This document shows, one piece after another, positions 20,844 through 38,118 of a stretch of 64,000 bases of DNA. The DNA comes from the human T2T-CHM13v2.0 reference genome, Homo sapiens: assembly GCF_009914755.1 (NCBI RefSeq), contig NC_060938.1, one strand, 5' to 3'. Position 1 is the first letter of the stretch. The number at the start of each line of letters is the position of its first letter. Below the pieces are notes generated by a model. The model saw only the letters and a list, made by a program, of their open reading frames with translations. It did not search any database and was not told the DNA's origin. Position numbers and translations under genes: made by a program.

Positions 20844-23800
20844 TGTGTTAGGCTGTTCTTACATTGCTATAAAGAAATACCTGAGACTAGGTAATTTATA
20901 AACAAAAGAGGTTCACTTGGCTCAGAGTTCTGCAGAGTGTCCCAGCATGGCTCCAGCATCTGCTTCTGGCGAAAGCCTCAGAACCTTTACAATCATGGCA
21001 GAATGTAAAGCAGAAGCAGACATATTATTGGTGAGAGTGAGAGCAAGAAAGAAGGAGAAGTGTCACACTCTTTAAACAACCAGATTTCATGAGAACTCAC
21101 TGTCTCAAGGAAAGCACCAAGTTATTCATGAAAGATCTGCACTCATGACCCAAACACTTCCCACCAGGCCCCACCTACAACATTGGCAATTAAATTTCAA
21201 TATGAGATGTGATTGGGACAAATATGAAAGCTGTATCTTTCCACTCCGGCCCCTCAAATCTAATATCCTTCTCACATTGCAAAATATAATCATCTGCTCC
21301 CAATAGTGCCCAAAACTCTTAACTCATTCCAGCATCAAACCCAAAGTTCGAAATCTCAACTGAGACTCATCTCCTTCCACCTATGACCCTGTAAAATCAA
21401 AGCGGGTTATCTAATCCCAAGATACAATGGTAGTACAGGCATTGGGTAAACATTACCATTCCAAAAGGGAGAAATTGGCCAAAAGAAAGGGGTAATAGTT
21501 CCCAAACAAGTCTGAAACTCAGCAGAGGAGTCATCAACTCTTAAAGCTCCAAAATAATCTCCTTTGACTCCATGTCCCATATCCAGCCCATACTGATGCA
21601 AAAGATTGGCTCCCAAGGTCTTGGGCAGCTCTGCCCCTGTGGCTTTGCAAGGTACAGCCCTCACAGCTGCTCCCACAAGTTGCAGTTGAGTGTCTGTGGC
21701 TTTTCCAGAAGCAGGGTGCAAGCTGCTGATGGATCTATCATTTTGGTATCTGGTGGGCAGTGCCCTGGTAGCGACTCTGTGTAGGGGTTCCAACCCTACA
21801 TTTACCCTCCTCACTACCCTAGTAGAGGTTCTCCATGAGGGCTCCACCTCTGCAGCAGGCTTCTGCCTAGGCACCCAGACTTTCTCATATATCCCCTGAA
21901 ATCTAGGGGGAAGCTGCCAAGTCTCCTTCACTCTTGCAATCCATATGCTCACAGACTTAACAAAACATGGAGGCCACCAAGGCTTATGGCAGCTTGCACT
22001 CTCCAGAGCAACAGCATGAGCAGTACTTGGGGTCCTTTGAGCCAAGGCTGGAGCTGGAGCACCCAGGAAGCAGGGAGCACTGTCACAAAGCTGCACAGGG
22101 CAGCAGTACTCTGGGACTGGCCCACGAAACCATTCTTTCTTCCTAGGCCTCTGAACCTATGGTAGGAGAGGCTGTCTCAGAGATTCCTGAAATGCCTTCA
22201 AGGTCTTTTTTCCCCATTGTTTTGGATATTAGCACTTGACTCCCTTTTATCTATGCTGATCTCTCTAGCAAGTGCTTGCTCCACAATCTGCTTGGATTCT
22301 TTCTCTGCCATATGTCCAGGCTGCAAAATTTTCAAACTTTCACACTCTGTTTCCCTTTTAAATATAAGTTCCAACTTTAAGTAATTTTGCTCCCACATCT
22401 GATCATAGGCTGTTAAAAGCAGCCAGGCCATATCTTAAACAATTGCTGCTTAGAAATGTCATTCACTTCATACCCTAAGTTATCACTCTTAACTTCAAAC
22501 TTCCACAGATCCCTATGACATGAACATAATACAGCCAAGTTCTTTGCTAGGGTGTAACATGGGTGACCTCTACTCCAGTTCCCAATAAATTCCTTATTTC
22601 CATCTGAGACTGATATGGTTTGGCTGTCTTCACCCAAATCTCATCTTGAAGTGTAGTTCCCATAATCCCTACATATTGTGGGAGGGACCAGGTGGAGATA
22701 ATTAAATCATGGGGGTGGTTTTCCCCATTCTGTTCTCATGATAGTAAGTTTTACAAGATCTGATGGTTTTAATAGGGGCTTCCCCCTTTGCTGGATTCTC
22801 ATTCTCCTTCCTGCTGCCATGTGAAGAAGGACATGTTTTCTTCCCCTTCTGCCATAATTGTAAGTTTCCTGAGGCTTCCCTAGCCATACAGAACTGTGAG
22901 TCAATTAAACCTCCTTCCTTTATAGATTATCCAGTCTCAGATATGTCTTTATTAGCAGCATGAAAACAGACTAATACAGTAAATTGGTACCTGAGAGTGG
23001 GGCACTACTGTAAAGATATCCAAAAATGTGGAAGCGAGTTTGGAACTGGGTAACAGGCAGAAGTTGGGACAGTGTGGAGGGTTCAGAAGAAGACAGGAAG
23101 ATGTGGGAAAGTTTGGAATTGCCTGGAGGCTTGTTGAATGGCTTTGATCAAAATGCTATAGTGATATGGACAATGAAGTCCAGGCTGAAGTGGTCTCAGA
23201 AAGAGATGAGGAATTTGTTGGGAACTGGAGTAAAAGTGACTCTTGCTATGTTTTAGCAAAGAGACTGGCAGCATTTTGCCCCTGCCCTAGAGATCTGTGG
23301 AACTTTGAACTTGAGAGAGATGATTTAGGGCATCTGGTGGAAGGAATTTCCAAGAAGCAAAGCATTCAAAAGGTAACTCGGGTGCTGTTAAAAGCATTCA
23401 GTTTTATGTATTCATGAAGATATGGTTTGGAATTGGAACTTACGTTTAAAAGGGAAGCAGAGCATAAAAGTTCAGAAAATTTGCAGCCTGACAATGCAAT
23501 AAAAAAGAAAAACCCACTTTCTGAGGAGAAATTCAAGCTGGCTACAGAAATATGCATAAGTAACGAGGAGCCAAATGTTAATCACCAAGGAAACGGGGAA
23601 AATGTCTCCAGGGCATGTAAGAGGTCTTCACTGCAGGCTCTCCCATCACAGGCTCAGAGGACTAGAAGAAAAAAACGGTTTTGTGGGCCAGGCCTAGGGC
23701 CTTGATGCTATGTGCAGTCTAGGGACTTGGTGCCGTGTGTCTTGGCCATGGCTACACGGGGCTAATGTGGAGCTCAGGCCATTGCTTCAGAGGGTGCAAG

Positions 23801-25467
23801 CCCCAAGTCTTGGTGGCATACATATGGTGTTGGGCCTGGGGGTGCACAGAAGTCAAGAATTGAGGTTTGGGAACCTCCACCTAGATTTCAGAAGATGTAT
23901 GGAAATGCCTGGATGTCCAGGTAGAAGTTTGCTGCAGGGGTGGAGTTCTCAGGGAAAACCTTTGCTAGGGCAGTGCAGAAGGGAAATGTGGGGCCAGAGA
24001 CCCCACACAGGGTCCCCCCAGGACACTCCCTAATGAAGCTGTGTGAAGAGGGCCACAGTCCTCCAGATCCCAGAATGGCAGATCCACCAGCAGCTTGCAC
24101 ACTCAATGCCAGCCCATGAAAGCAGCCAGGAGGGGGGCTTTACCCTGCAAAACCACAGGGGCAGACCTTCCCAAGGCTGTGGGAGCCCACCTCTTGCATC
24201 ACCCTGACCTGAATATGAGACATGAAGTCAAAGGAGATTATTTTGGAACTTTAAGGTTTAATGACTGCCCTATTGGATTTCAGACTTGCATGGGGCCTGT
24301 AACCCCTTTGTTTTGGCCAACTTCTCCCACTTGGAATGGGTGTATTTACTCAATGCCTGTACCCACATTCTATCTAGGAAGTAACTAACTTCCTTTTGAT
24401 TTTACAGGCTCATAGGCAAAAGGGACTTACTCGTGTTGTCTCAGATGACACTTTGGACTCGGACTTTTGAGTTAACTCTGAAATGGGTTAAGACTTTGGG
24501 GGACTATTGGAAGGGCATGATTCGGTTTTGAAATGTGAGGACATGAGATTTAGGAGGGGTGAGGGGTGGAATGATACAGTTTGGCTATGTCCTCACCTAA
24601 CTCTCATCTTGAATTTTAGTTCCCACGTGTCATGGGAGGAACCTGGAGATAATTGAATCATGGGGGCAGTTTCCCCCATCCTGTTCTCATAATAGTGAGT
24701 TAGTGCTCACAAGGTCTCATGGTTGTATAAGGAGCTTCCCCCTTTGCTGAATTCTCATTCTCCTTCCTGCCACCATGTGATGAAGGACGTGTTTGCTTCC
24801 CCTTCCACCATGATTGTAAGTTTCGGAGGCCTCCCCAGCCATGTTGAATGGTGAGTCAATTAAACCTCTTTTTTTTTACAAATTACCCAGTCTTGGGTAC
24901 CAGTATTTTGGTCACAACCATTGAACCAGTCTCTGAGAAGTTCCAAACTTTCCCTTATCTTCCTGTCTTCTGAGCCCTCTAAACTCTTCCAACCTCCGCC
25001 CATTACCCAGTTGAAAGTTGCTTCCACATTTTCAGGTATCTTTATAGCGATGCCCCACTCCTGATACCAGTTTTCTGTTAGGCCATTCTTGCATTGCTAT
25101 AAATACCTGAAACTGGGTAATTTATAAAGAAAAGAGGTATAATTGGTTCAGAGTTCTGAAGGCTGTATCAGCATGGCTCCAGCACCTGCTTCTGGTGAAG
25201 TCTTCAGAAACCTTACAATCATGGCAGAAAGTGAAGTGGGAGCAGTCACATCACATGGCAAGAGCAGGAACAGAGAGTGGTGGGGAGGTGCCACACACTT
25301 TCAAACAGTCAGATTTCACAAGAACTCACTATCTCAAGGACAGCACCAAGCCATTCAGAAGGGATCCACCCCCATGACACAAGCACCTCCCACCAGGCCC
25401 CACCTCTATCATTGAGGATTACATTTCAATATGAGACTTGGAAGGAACAAACATCCAAACTATATCA
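20844..25467 (-). mobile_element. MSTA/MSTB MaLR provirus (LTR-int-LTR) interrupted by a THE1 provirus
   Basis: LTRs at about 20844-21237 and 25075-25467; TSD gcatc at 20839-20843 and 25468-25472; host L1 rejoins as EIKGIQIGK. Confidence 0.9.
22611..24899 (+). mobile_element. THE1C/D provirus: 5'LTR 22611-22978, internal region, truncated 3'LTR 24572-24899
   Basis: tgatatggtttggctg start; ctaataca|gtaaattggtacc LTR/internal junction; polypurine tract aggaggggtgaggggtggaa before the 3'LTR. Confidence 0.9.
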
Positions 25468-25499
25468 GCATCCAAATTGGAAAACAAGAAGTCAAACTA

Positions 25500-25564
25500 T
25501 TGGGTTGGTGCAAAAGTAATTGCAATTTTTGCCATTTGCCACAATTACTTTTGCACCAACACAA
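25500..25564. mobile_element. MADE1 (Hsmar1-derived MITE), internally deleted
   Basis: TIRs ttgggttggtgcaaaagtaattg and caattacttttgcaccaacacaa; TA TSD. Confidence 0.9.
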
Positions 25565-27142
25565 TATCTCTGTTCACTGATGATATAATCTTATACCTAC
25601 AAAACCCTAAATACTTTTATTAAAAAACTCTTAGATTTGATGAACAAATACAGCAAAGTTTCAGGATACAAAATCAATATACAAAAATCAGTACCATTTT
25701 TATAACCAACAGCAAGCTGAGAACCAAACTAAAAAAGCAATCCCATTTACAATAGCTACAAAGAAATAAAATATCTGGGAATATATTTAACCAAGGAGGA
25801 GAAAGATCTTTACTACAAAACACTGATGAAAGAAACTGTAGATGACACAAACAAATGGGAAAATATCCCACGCTCAGGGAGAAGAATGAATAACATCAGA
25901 ATGACCACACTACCCAAAGCAATGTACAGATTCAATGCAATTCCTATCAAATTACCAATGTCATTTTCACAGAATTAGAAAAAGCAATCCTAAAATTCAT
26001 ATAGAACCAAAAAAAAGAGCTTGAATAGCCAAAGCAACCCTAAGCAAAAAGAACAAAGCAGGAGGCATTGCATTACCTGACCTCAAATTATATTATAAAG
26101 CTATAGTAACCAAAACAGCATGGTACTAGTATGAAAATAGACACATAGATCAATGAAATAGAAAAAGAGAACCTAGAAATAAACCCACATATCTACAGCC
26201 AGCTGATCTTTGACAAAGTTGACAAATATATACATGGGGAAAAAAATGACACCCTTTTTAATAAATAGTACTGGCAAAATTGGATTGCCATATGCAGAGA
26301 ATGAAACTGGATCCCTATCTCTCACTATATACAAAAATCAACTCAGGATGAACTGAAGACTTAAATGTAAGATCTGAAACTCTAAAAATGCTAGAAGGAA
26401 ATCCATGGAAAACTATTCTGGACATTGGTCTAAAGAATTCATAACCAAGACCTCAAAAGCACAAGCAACAAAAACAAAAATAGACAAATGGGACTTAATT
26501 AAACTCAAAAGCTCCTGCACAGCAAAAGAAACAATCAACAGAGTGAACAAACAACCTGCAGAATGGGGGAAATTATTTGTAAACTATGATCCAACAGGGG
26601 ACCAATATCCAGAATTTACAAGAAACTCAAACAACTCAATAACAACAGAAATCAAAAATACAATTAAAAACGGGCAAAGGAAATGAGTGGACATTTTTCA
26701 GAAAAGACATACAAACGGCCAACAAGCATATGAAAAAATGGCCAACTTCACAAATTATCAGAGAAATGCAATTTAAAACCATAATGGGATATCATCTTAT
26801 ATCAGTCAGAATGGCTATTATTAAAAAATAAATAAATAACATGTTGGAGAAAGTACGGAGAAAAGACAACTCCTACATACTGTTGGTGGGAATGGAAATT
26901 ACTACAACCTCTATGGAAAACAATATAGAGATTTCTCAAGGAAATAAAAATAGACCTACCATTCAACACAGCAATCCCACTACTGGGTATCTACCCAAAG
27001 GAAAAGAAATCATGATATCAAAAAGACACCTGCACTCATGTCTCTCATAGCACTATTTACAACAGCAAAGTCATGAAATCAACCTAAATATCTATCAATG
27101 GATGACTAGATAAAGAAAATATGGAGTGTGTGTTTGTGTACC

Positions 27143-27244
27143 TATGCATATATGTGTGTGTGTATATATATATATGCATATGCATATGCATATGCATATA
27201 TGTGTATATATATATATACATATATATACATATATATATGTATG

Positions 27245-27292
<48 letters not shown>
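27143..27292. repeat. Compound (TG)/(TA)/(ATATGC)/(CA) alternating purine-pyrimidine microsatellite
   Basis: Read directly from the sequence. Confidence 0.95.
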
Positions 27293-27774
27293 ATTTAATA
27301 CCGTTTGGCCATAAAAAAAGAATGAAATCATATATTTTGCAGCAACATAGATGGAACTGGAGACCATTATCCTAAATGAAACAACTCAGAAAGTAAAATA
27401 CAGCTTGTTCTCACTATATGAGTTAAATAATGTGTACACACATGGATACAGAGTGTGGAGTAATAGTCACTGGAGACTTGGAGGGGTGGGAAGGTAGGAG
27501 GTGGGTGAAGAATGAGAAATTACTTAATGGGTACAATGTACACTATTTGTGTGATGTTTACACTAAAAGTCCAGGCTTCACTGCTAAGCAATATATCCAT
27601 GTAACAAAACTGCACTTGTACTCCTCACATTTATACAAATGTTAAAAATAGGAAACAAAAGCAAACTGGGTGGAGAAAAAAATGCAGATCATTCCATTGT
27701 ATTTAGGAAAATCAAAGAATTCAAACACATTTAACAATATCCAACTTCATTTTGACAATCAAAAATATGCAATG

Positions 27775-28105
27775 TTTTCATAGCTTGTTAGTTCTGCTAA
27801 GAAAATACCTGATAGTGGATAATTTATAAAAAAACGAATTTATTTCTGACAGTTCTGCAGGCTGAGAAGTCCAAGATGAAGGTGCCAGATTCAGTGTCTG
27901 CTGTCTTGCTGCATTCTCACTTGGCAGAAGGCAGAAGGGCAAAAAAGGTATGAACCTGCTCTCTCACGCCATTTTAAAAGGACACTACTCTCGTCCCTGA
28001 CAGCTGTCTTCATGACTTAATCACCTCCTGAAAGTCCCACCTCTTATCACATGGGTAATTAAGTTTTAACATATGAAATTTGGTGGATACATTTGGACCA
28101 TAGCA
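27775..28105. mobile_element. MLT1A/MST-type MaLR LTR
   Basis: acagttctgcaggctgagaagtccaagatgaaggtgccag...tttggaccatagca. Confidence 0.7.
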
Positions 28106-30002
28106 AATGCGAATTAATCATTTTTAATTTTTAAAATAATTTGAAATAATTTCTAATGTATGGATATTTATCATTTGCCCAGATTCCTCAGCTGTTAAAC
28201 TCTTTACCTCATTTGCTTTATAACTTTTTTTGCTTTATATATTATTGCATTTTATTCATTTCTTTCTGAAACATGAAAGGGGCAGGCATGGTGTCCACCC
28301 CTAAATTTGCCATTGTGGTTTTCCCCAAGGCAAAATTTTCTCTACATAATCATGCTACCACTTAAGGCAAAAACCAATGGCAAAACATGACTGCCCAAGC
28401 CACAGATGCCCTTCAGATGTTCACTCCCATGTGACAGTGTCTTGTTTTCCTTTCTGCTACAGGATCCGCACCCTGGAACATGTGTTGCATTCGGGAGTCA
28501 TACCATTTTCTTCTTCTCCAGTCTCAAACTGTTCTTCATCATTCCTTGTACTTCTCACCCTCAATATCCTACATGAAATTGAATGATCCTCTACTGGGTC
28601 TTTCTGATGATTCTTCATGACCAGATTCAGTGATGTTCCCTTAGCGGGAAGAATACAGAAATTGTGCTGTGCCCTTAGTGCCTCCCACCAGGGATCACAT
28701 TTGCTATCCCTCCCACCCTGGTGACGTAACCATTAATGACCTGGTCTGGTTGGCATCTGCCATCCCTATGCAGCTTTAATTTACACTTTTTACTTTATAT
28801 TGAATAAGAGATATTCAAGGCAATGTCAGTAAACTGTTCCTCATCACATCTCCACTAACCAGCTTTTTTGTATAACTCCTATCTGAACCATCTAATACTA
28901 TGATGATTGCCTAATGGCAGCTCTAGACATCCTGTAGTTGACGTCTACTCTAAGGAGTATTCCCTTCTCCTTCACTTTTCTATTTTTTTATTTATCTTCA
29001 TATCAAAAATACTCTTCACTTATTATATTATCCAATGGGCTCCATTTTGTTACAATCACTTATTTTCATGCTTATGTGCCAGATTTGGCCAGTGGGAGAC
29101 TTCTAAAGCTCATATTTTTACACAAGAGGTTCTAGGCTCAGACAATTCCAGATGTCATACTGATACTGTCAATTTCATCAAGAAATATGATTCCCTGTCA
29201 TGGAGCATGTTATGCAGACACCAAGAGTGTTCATACTTATTTATACCTTATGTGTTTCAAAATCCAATCTCATAACCACATCTCTGATGTTCCCTGTCTC
29301 TATCTTACTTTCTCCTAATACCTCCATGTCCTCAGATGCTAGCTGGCTGGCTAGCTGCCAACGTGCCTCCATGTGACTACCTCCCCACTTCCTGTTTGAA
29401 TCCTTGGGAGCTGGCTAATACACCACTAACACACATCTTCTCTGCTCACCTTTTCCCTCACTGCATTGCCTTCTAGGTTGTTCTAACCCTACTACTAAGG
29501 TAACCCAGCAACCAAGGCCAACCTCTGTGGCCAAAAGCAGAGGGAAGGAAATAACAGACAGGAAGAGAGAAAAGAAAGAGCAAGGGAAAGATACACATTT
29601 TCACTGGAAACAAAATTCTGAGCTGACCATTTTTTTCTTTCCTAATGGTACCCTAAGATTGTACAGCTCAAGGAGCAGAGCCAGGATTTTAAAAATGGGT
29701 GAGTCTGATTGCAGTTAGTAAATGTAGAAATTAGAATGAAATTAGAATATCACCATTTGGCAACTACTACAGAAATAGTAAAATTACGTAGTCACAAAAA
29801 AAAGAGACAATGAAGAAGACTGACTTACATAAAGAAAATGGTAAGACTCAACATTATGAAGGATGCCTATTCTTCCTAAACTTATCTGTAAATTCAATGC
29901 AGTCCCAACTAAAGTCCCTGGAATTTTTCATGAAAAGTTACAAGCTGATTTTAAAGTGTAAATGGAACACTTGTGAAGAACAACATAAAATAACTTGTCT
30001 GA

Positions 30003-30274
<272 letters not shown>

Positions 30275-30288
30275 ATACTGACTTTTTA

Positions 30289-30718
<430 letters not shown>

Positions 30719-30736
30719 TTAAAGATCAGTGTGGGT

Positions 30737-30770
30737 GGATGGATGGATGGATGGATGGATGGATGGATGG
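30737..30770. repeat. (GGAT)n microsatellite
   Basis: Read directly from the sequence. Confidence 0.95.
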
Positions 30771-31855
30771 ACAGAAAGATAGGGAAGAGAGAGAGAGAGA
30801 TGGAAAGTCAGTGTAAGACAGACTGGGCGGGGTGGAGCAAAGATGGCCGAATAGGAACAGCTCCAGTCTATAGCTCCCAGCGTGAGCGACGCAGAAGATG
30901 GGTGATTTCTGCATTTCCAATTGAGGTACTGGGTTCATCTCACTGGGAGTGCTGGACAGTGGGTGCAGGACAGTGGGTGCAGCACACCGTGCATGAGCCG
31001 AAGCAGGGCGAGGCATCGCCTCACCCAGGAAGTGCAAAGGGTCAGGGAATTCCCTTTTCTAGTCAAAGAAAGGGGTGACAGATGGCACCAGGAAAATCGG
31101 GTTGCTCCCACTCTAATACTGCACTTTTCCAATGGGCTTATCAAACGGCACACCAGGAGATTATATCTCGCACCGGGCTTGGAGAGTCCTATGCCCACGG
31201 AGCCTCACTCATTGCTAGCACAGAAGTCTGAGATCAAACTGCAAGGCGGCAGCCAGGCTGGGGGAGGGGCGCCTGCCATTTGCTCAGGCTTGACTAGGTA
31301 AACAAAGTGGCCAGGAAGCTCGAACTGGGTGGAGCCCACCACAGCTCAAGGAGGCCTGCCTGCCTCTGTAGGCTCCACCTCTGGGGGCAGGGCACAGACA
31401 AACAAAAGACAGCAATAACCTCTGCAGACTTAAATGTCCCTGTCTGACAGCTTTGAAGAGAGTAGTGGTTCTCCCAGCACGCAGCTTGAGATCTGAGAAC
31501 GGGCAGACTGCCTCCTCAAGTCTGTCCCTGACCCCCGAGTAGCCTAACTGGGAGGCACCCCCCAGTAGGGGCGGACTGACACGTCACACGGCCAGGTACT
31601 CCTCTGAGACAAAACTTCCAGAATAACGATCAGGCAGTAGCATTTGCGGTTCAACAATATCCGCTGTTCTGCAGCCACTGCTGCTGATACCCAGGCAAAC
31701 AGGGTCTGGAGTGGACCTCCAGTAAACTCCAACAGACCTGCAGCTGAGGGTCCTGACTGTTAGAAGGAAAACTAACAAACAGAAAGGACATCCACACCAA
31801 AAACCCATCTGTATGTCACCATTATCAAAGACCAAAGGTAGATAAAACCACAAAG

Positions 31856-32874
31856 ATGAGGAAAAAAACAGAGCAGAAAAACCGGAAACTCTAAAAATCA
31901 GAGCACCTCTCCTCCTCCAAAGGAACGCAGCTCCTTAACAGCAACGGAACAAAGCTGGATGGAGAATGACTTTGACGAGTTGAGAGAAGAAGGCTTCAGA
32001 AGATCAAACTACTCCAAGCTAAAGGAGGAAGTTCGAACCAATGACAAAGAAGTTAAAAACTTTGAAAAAAAAATTAGATGAATGGATAACTAGAATAACC
32101 AATGCAGAGAAGTCCTTAAAGGAGCTGATGGAGCTGAAAACCACAGCACAAGAACTACCTGACGAATGCGCAAGCCTCAGTAACCGATGTGATCAACTGG
32201 AAGAAAGGGTATCAGTGATGGAAGACGAAATGAATGAAATGAAGCATGAAAAGAAGTTTAGAGAAAAAATAATAAAAAGAAATAAACAAAGCCTCCAAGA
32301 AATATGGGACTATGTGAAAAGACCAAATCTACATCTGATTGGTGTACCTCAAAGTGATGGGGAGAACGGAACCAAGTTGGAAAACACTCTGCAGGATATT
32401 ATCCAGGAGAACTTCCCCAATCTAGCAAGGAAGGCCAACATTCAAATTCAGGAAATACAGAGAACACCACAAAGATACTCCTCAAGAAGAGCAACTCCAA
32501 GACACATAATTCTCAGATTCACCAAAGTTGAAATGGAGGAAAAAATGTTAAGGGCAGCCAGAGAGAAAGACCGGGTTGCCCACAAAGGGAAGCCCATCAG
32601 ACTAACCGCTGATCTCTCGGCAGAAATTCTACAAGCCAGAAGAGAGTGGGGGCCGATATTCAACATTCTTAAAGAAAAGAATTTTCAACCCACAATTTCA
32701 TATCCAGCCAAACTAAGCTTCATAAGTGAAGGAGAAATAAAATACTTTACAGACAAGCAAATGCTAAGAGATTTTGTCACCACCAGGCCTGCCCTAAAAG
32801 AGCTCCTGAAGGAAGCACTAAACATGGAAAGGAACAACCAATACCAGCCACTGCAAAAACATGCCAAATTATAA
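31856..32874 (+). pseudogene. L1 ORF1p, disrupted by +1 slips in A-runs near 31862 and 32065
   Basis: ORF 32041..32874 matches ORF1p (LQEIWDYVKRPNL, YPAKLSF). Confidence 0.9.
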
Positions 32875-32937
32875 GGACCATCAAGGCTAGGAAGAAACTA
32901 CATCAACTAACGAGCAAAATAATCAGCTAACATCATA

Positions 32938-36757
<3,820 letters not shown>

Positions 36758-37927
36758 ACAATGAGAACGCATGGACACAGGAAGGGGAATACCACACTCG
36801 GGGAACTGTTGTGGGGTGGGGGGAGGGGGGAGGGATAGCATTAGGAGATATACCTAATGCTAAATGACTAGTTAATGGGTGCAGCACACCAACATGGCAC
36901 ATGTATACATATGTAACAAACCTGCACGTTGTGCACATGTACCCTAAAAGTATAATAATAATAAAAAAAAGAGAGAGCATTAAGAAAATGAAAAAGCAAG
37001 CTGCGATTTGGATAAATATATTTGAAAAACATAATTTATAATGGATTAGTATCCAGAACATGTAAGGAATCAATAAGAAGACAACCCAATAAAAATTGGA
37101 CAAAAGAAAACAGAGATTTCATAGAAAAAGAAACAGGAATGGACAAAGAAATGTAATTTATGCCTACTATGTGATATTTTATAATCATCTGGTTGGTAAA
37201 AATTAAAAAGCTAGACAATTTCAAAAAAAGAAAAAGACAGACTGGGCTTTAAAGATCAGTAGGGAAAGGATTGATTCTTTAATAAAAGGTGCTGGGCTAT
37301 TTACTCATTATGAAAAAAATTATATCCGTACATAACATAAAATAAAGTCATACTGTAAGAAAAGGACAAAATAACTTCATAAAGCAGTAGAGGGAAAATG
37401 TCCTTATGACTTTAGGAGAGCTAAGAACCTCTTAAAACACAAAAAGCATTATCATAAAAGATGGATAAATTCAATGACATTGAAATTAAGAACTTCTGTT
37501 CAGCAAAAGACCCAATAGAATAAAAAAAAAAAACAGGATAAAACTGTATGTAGACAAACGATTAGTACAGGGAATATATAAATCAATTTGACATCCAATA
37601 CAGCAGTGTGCAAAGACTCGAATAGGCATTTTACCGAGAGAAAATATTAGTGGCTTCTAAATATATGAAAAGATGCTCAAGCTCATTAATAATCAGAAAT
37701 GCAAATTAAGGCCACAAGGAAATAATACTCAAATCTCCTGTATTTGCAATACCTAAAAGATAATACCAAGCACAGAAGAGGATGGGGAGCATTGGGGTGA
37801 CTCATCTATTGATAGTAGAGACATAAACTAATATAAGCACTTTGGAAATGTTTAGTGCTTCTCAAAAAAGTTGAACATGTATATACTCTATGATCCAGCA
37901 ATTCCATTCTATGTCAATACTCTTAAA

Positions 37928-38118
37928 CAGTGGTTCTCAAATTTTACTGTGCATCAGAATCACCTGGAGGGTTTGCGAAACACAGATTGCTGGGCTCTTC
38001 CCACATAGTTTTGAATTCAGTAAGTCTGGGTAGGGGGCTTGAGAATTTGCATTTCAAAGAAGTTCCAAGGGATGCTGATGCTGCTGGTCTGGGAACCACT
38101 CTTCAAGAGCCATTGCTG
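37928..38118. mobile_element. MER5A (hAT MITE)
   Basis: cagtggttctcaaa...tgcatcagaatcacctggagg...gatgctgatgctgctggtctgggaaccac. Confidence 0.85.

Larger units (their letters stand above)
19121..27650 (+). mobile_element. Old L1PB3/4-like element (ORF2 to 3' end) hosting LTR5, MST/THE1 and MADE1 insertions
   Basis: ORF2 remnants (19354.., 26405..) rejoin across each insertion; the 3' end aatatatccatgtaacaaaactgcacttgtac is L1PB-type. Confidence 0.85.

Noticed and set aside
21407-24388. ORFs of up to 229 aa on both strands
   Set aside because: Decayed MaLR internal ORF remnants of the MST and THE1 elements
27084-27375. YI/CV/HT-rich ORFs
   Set aside because: Translations of the microsatellite
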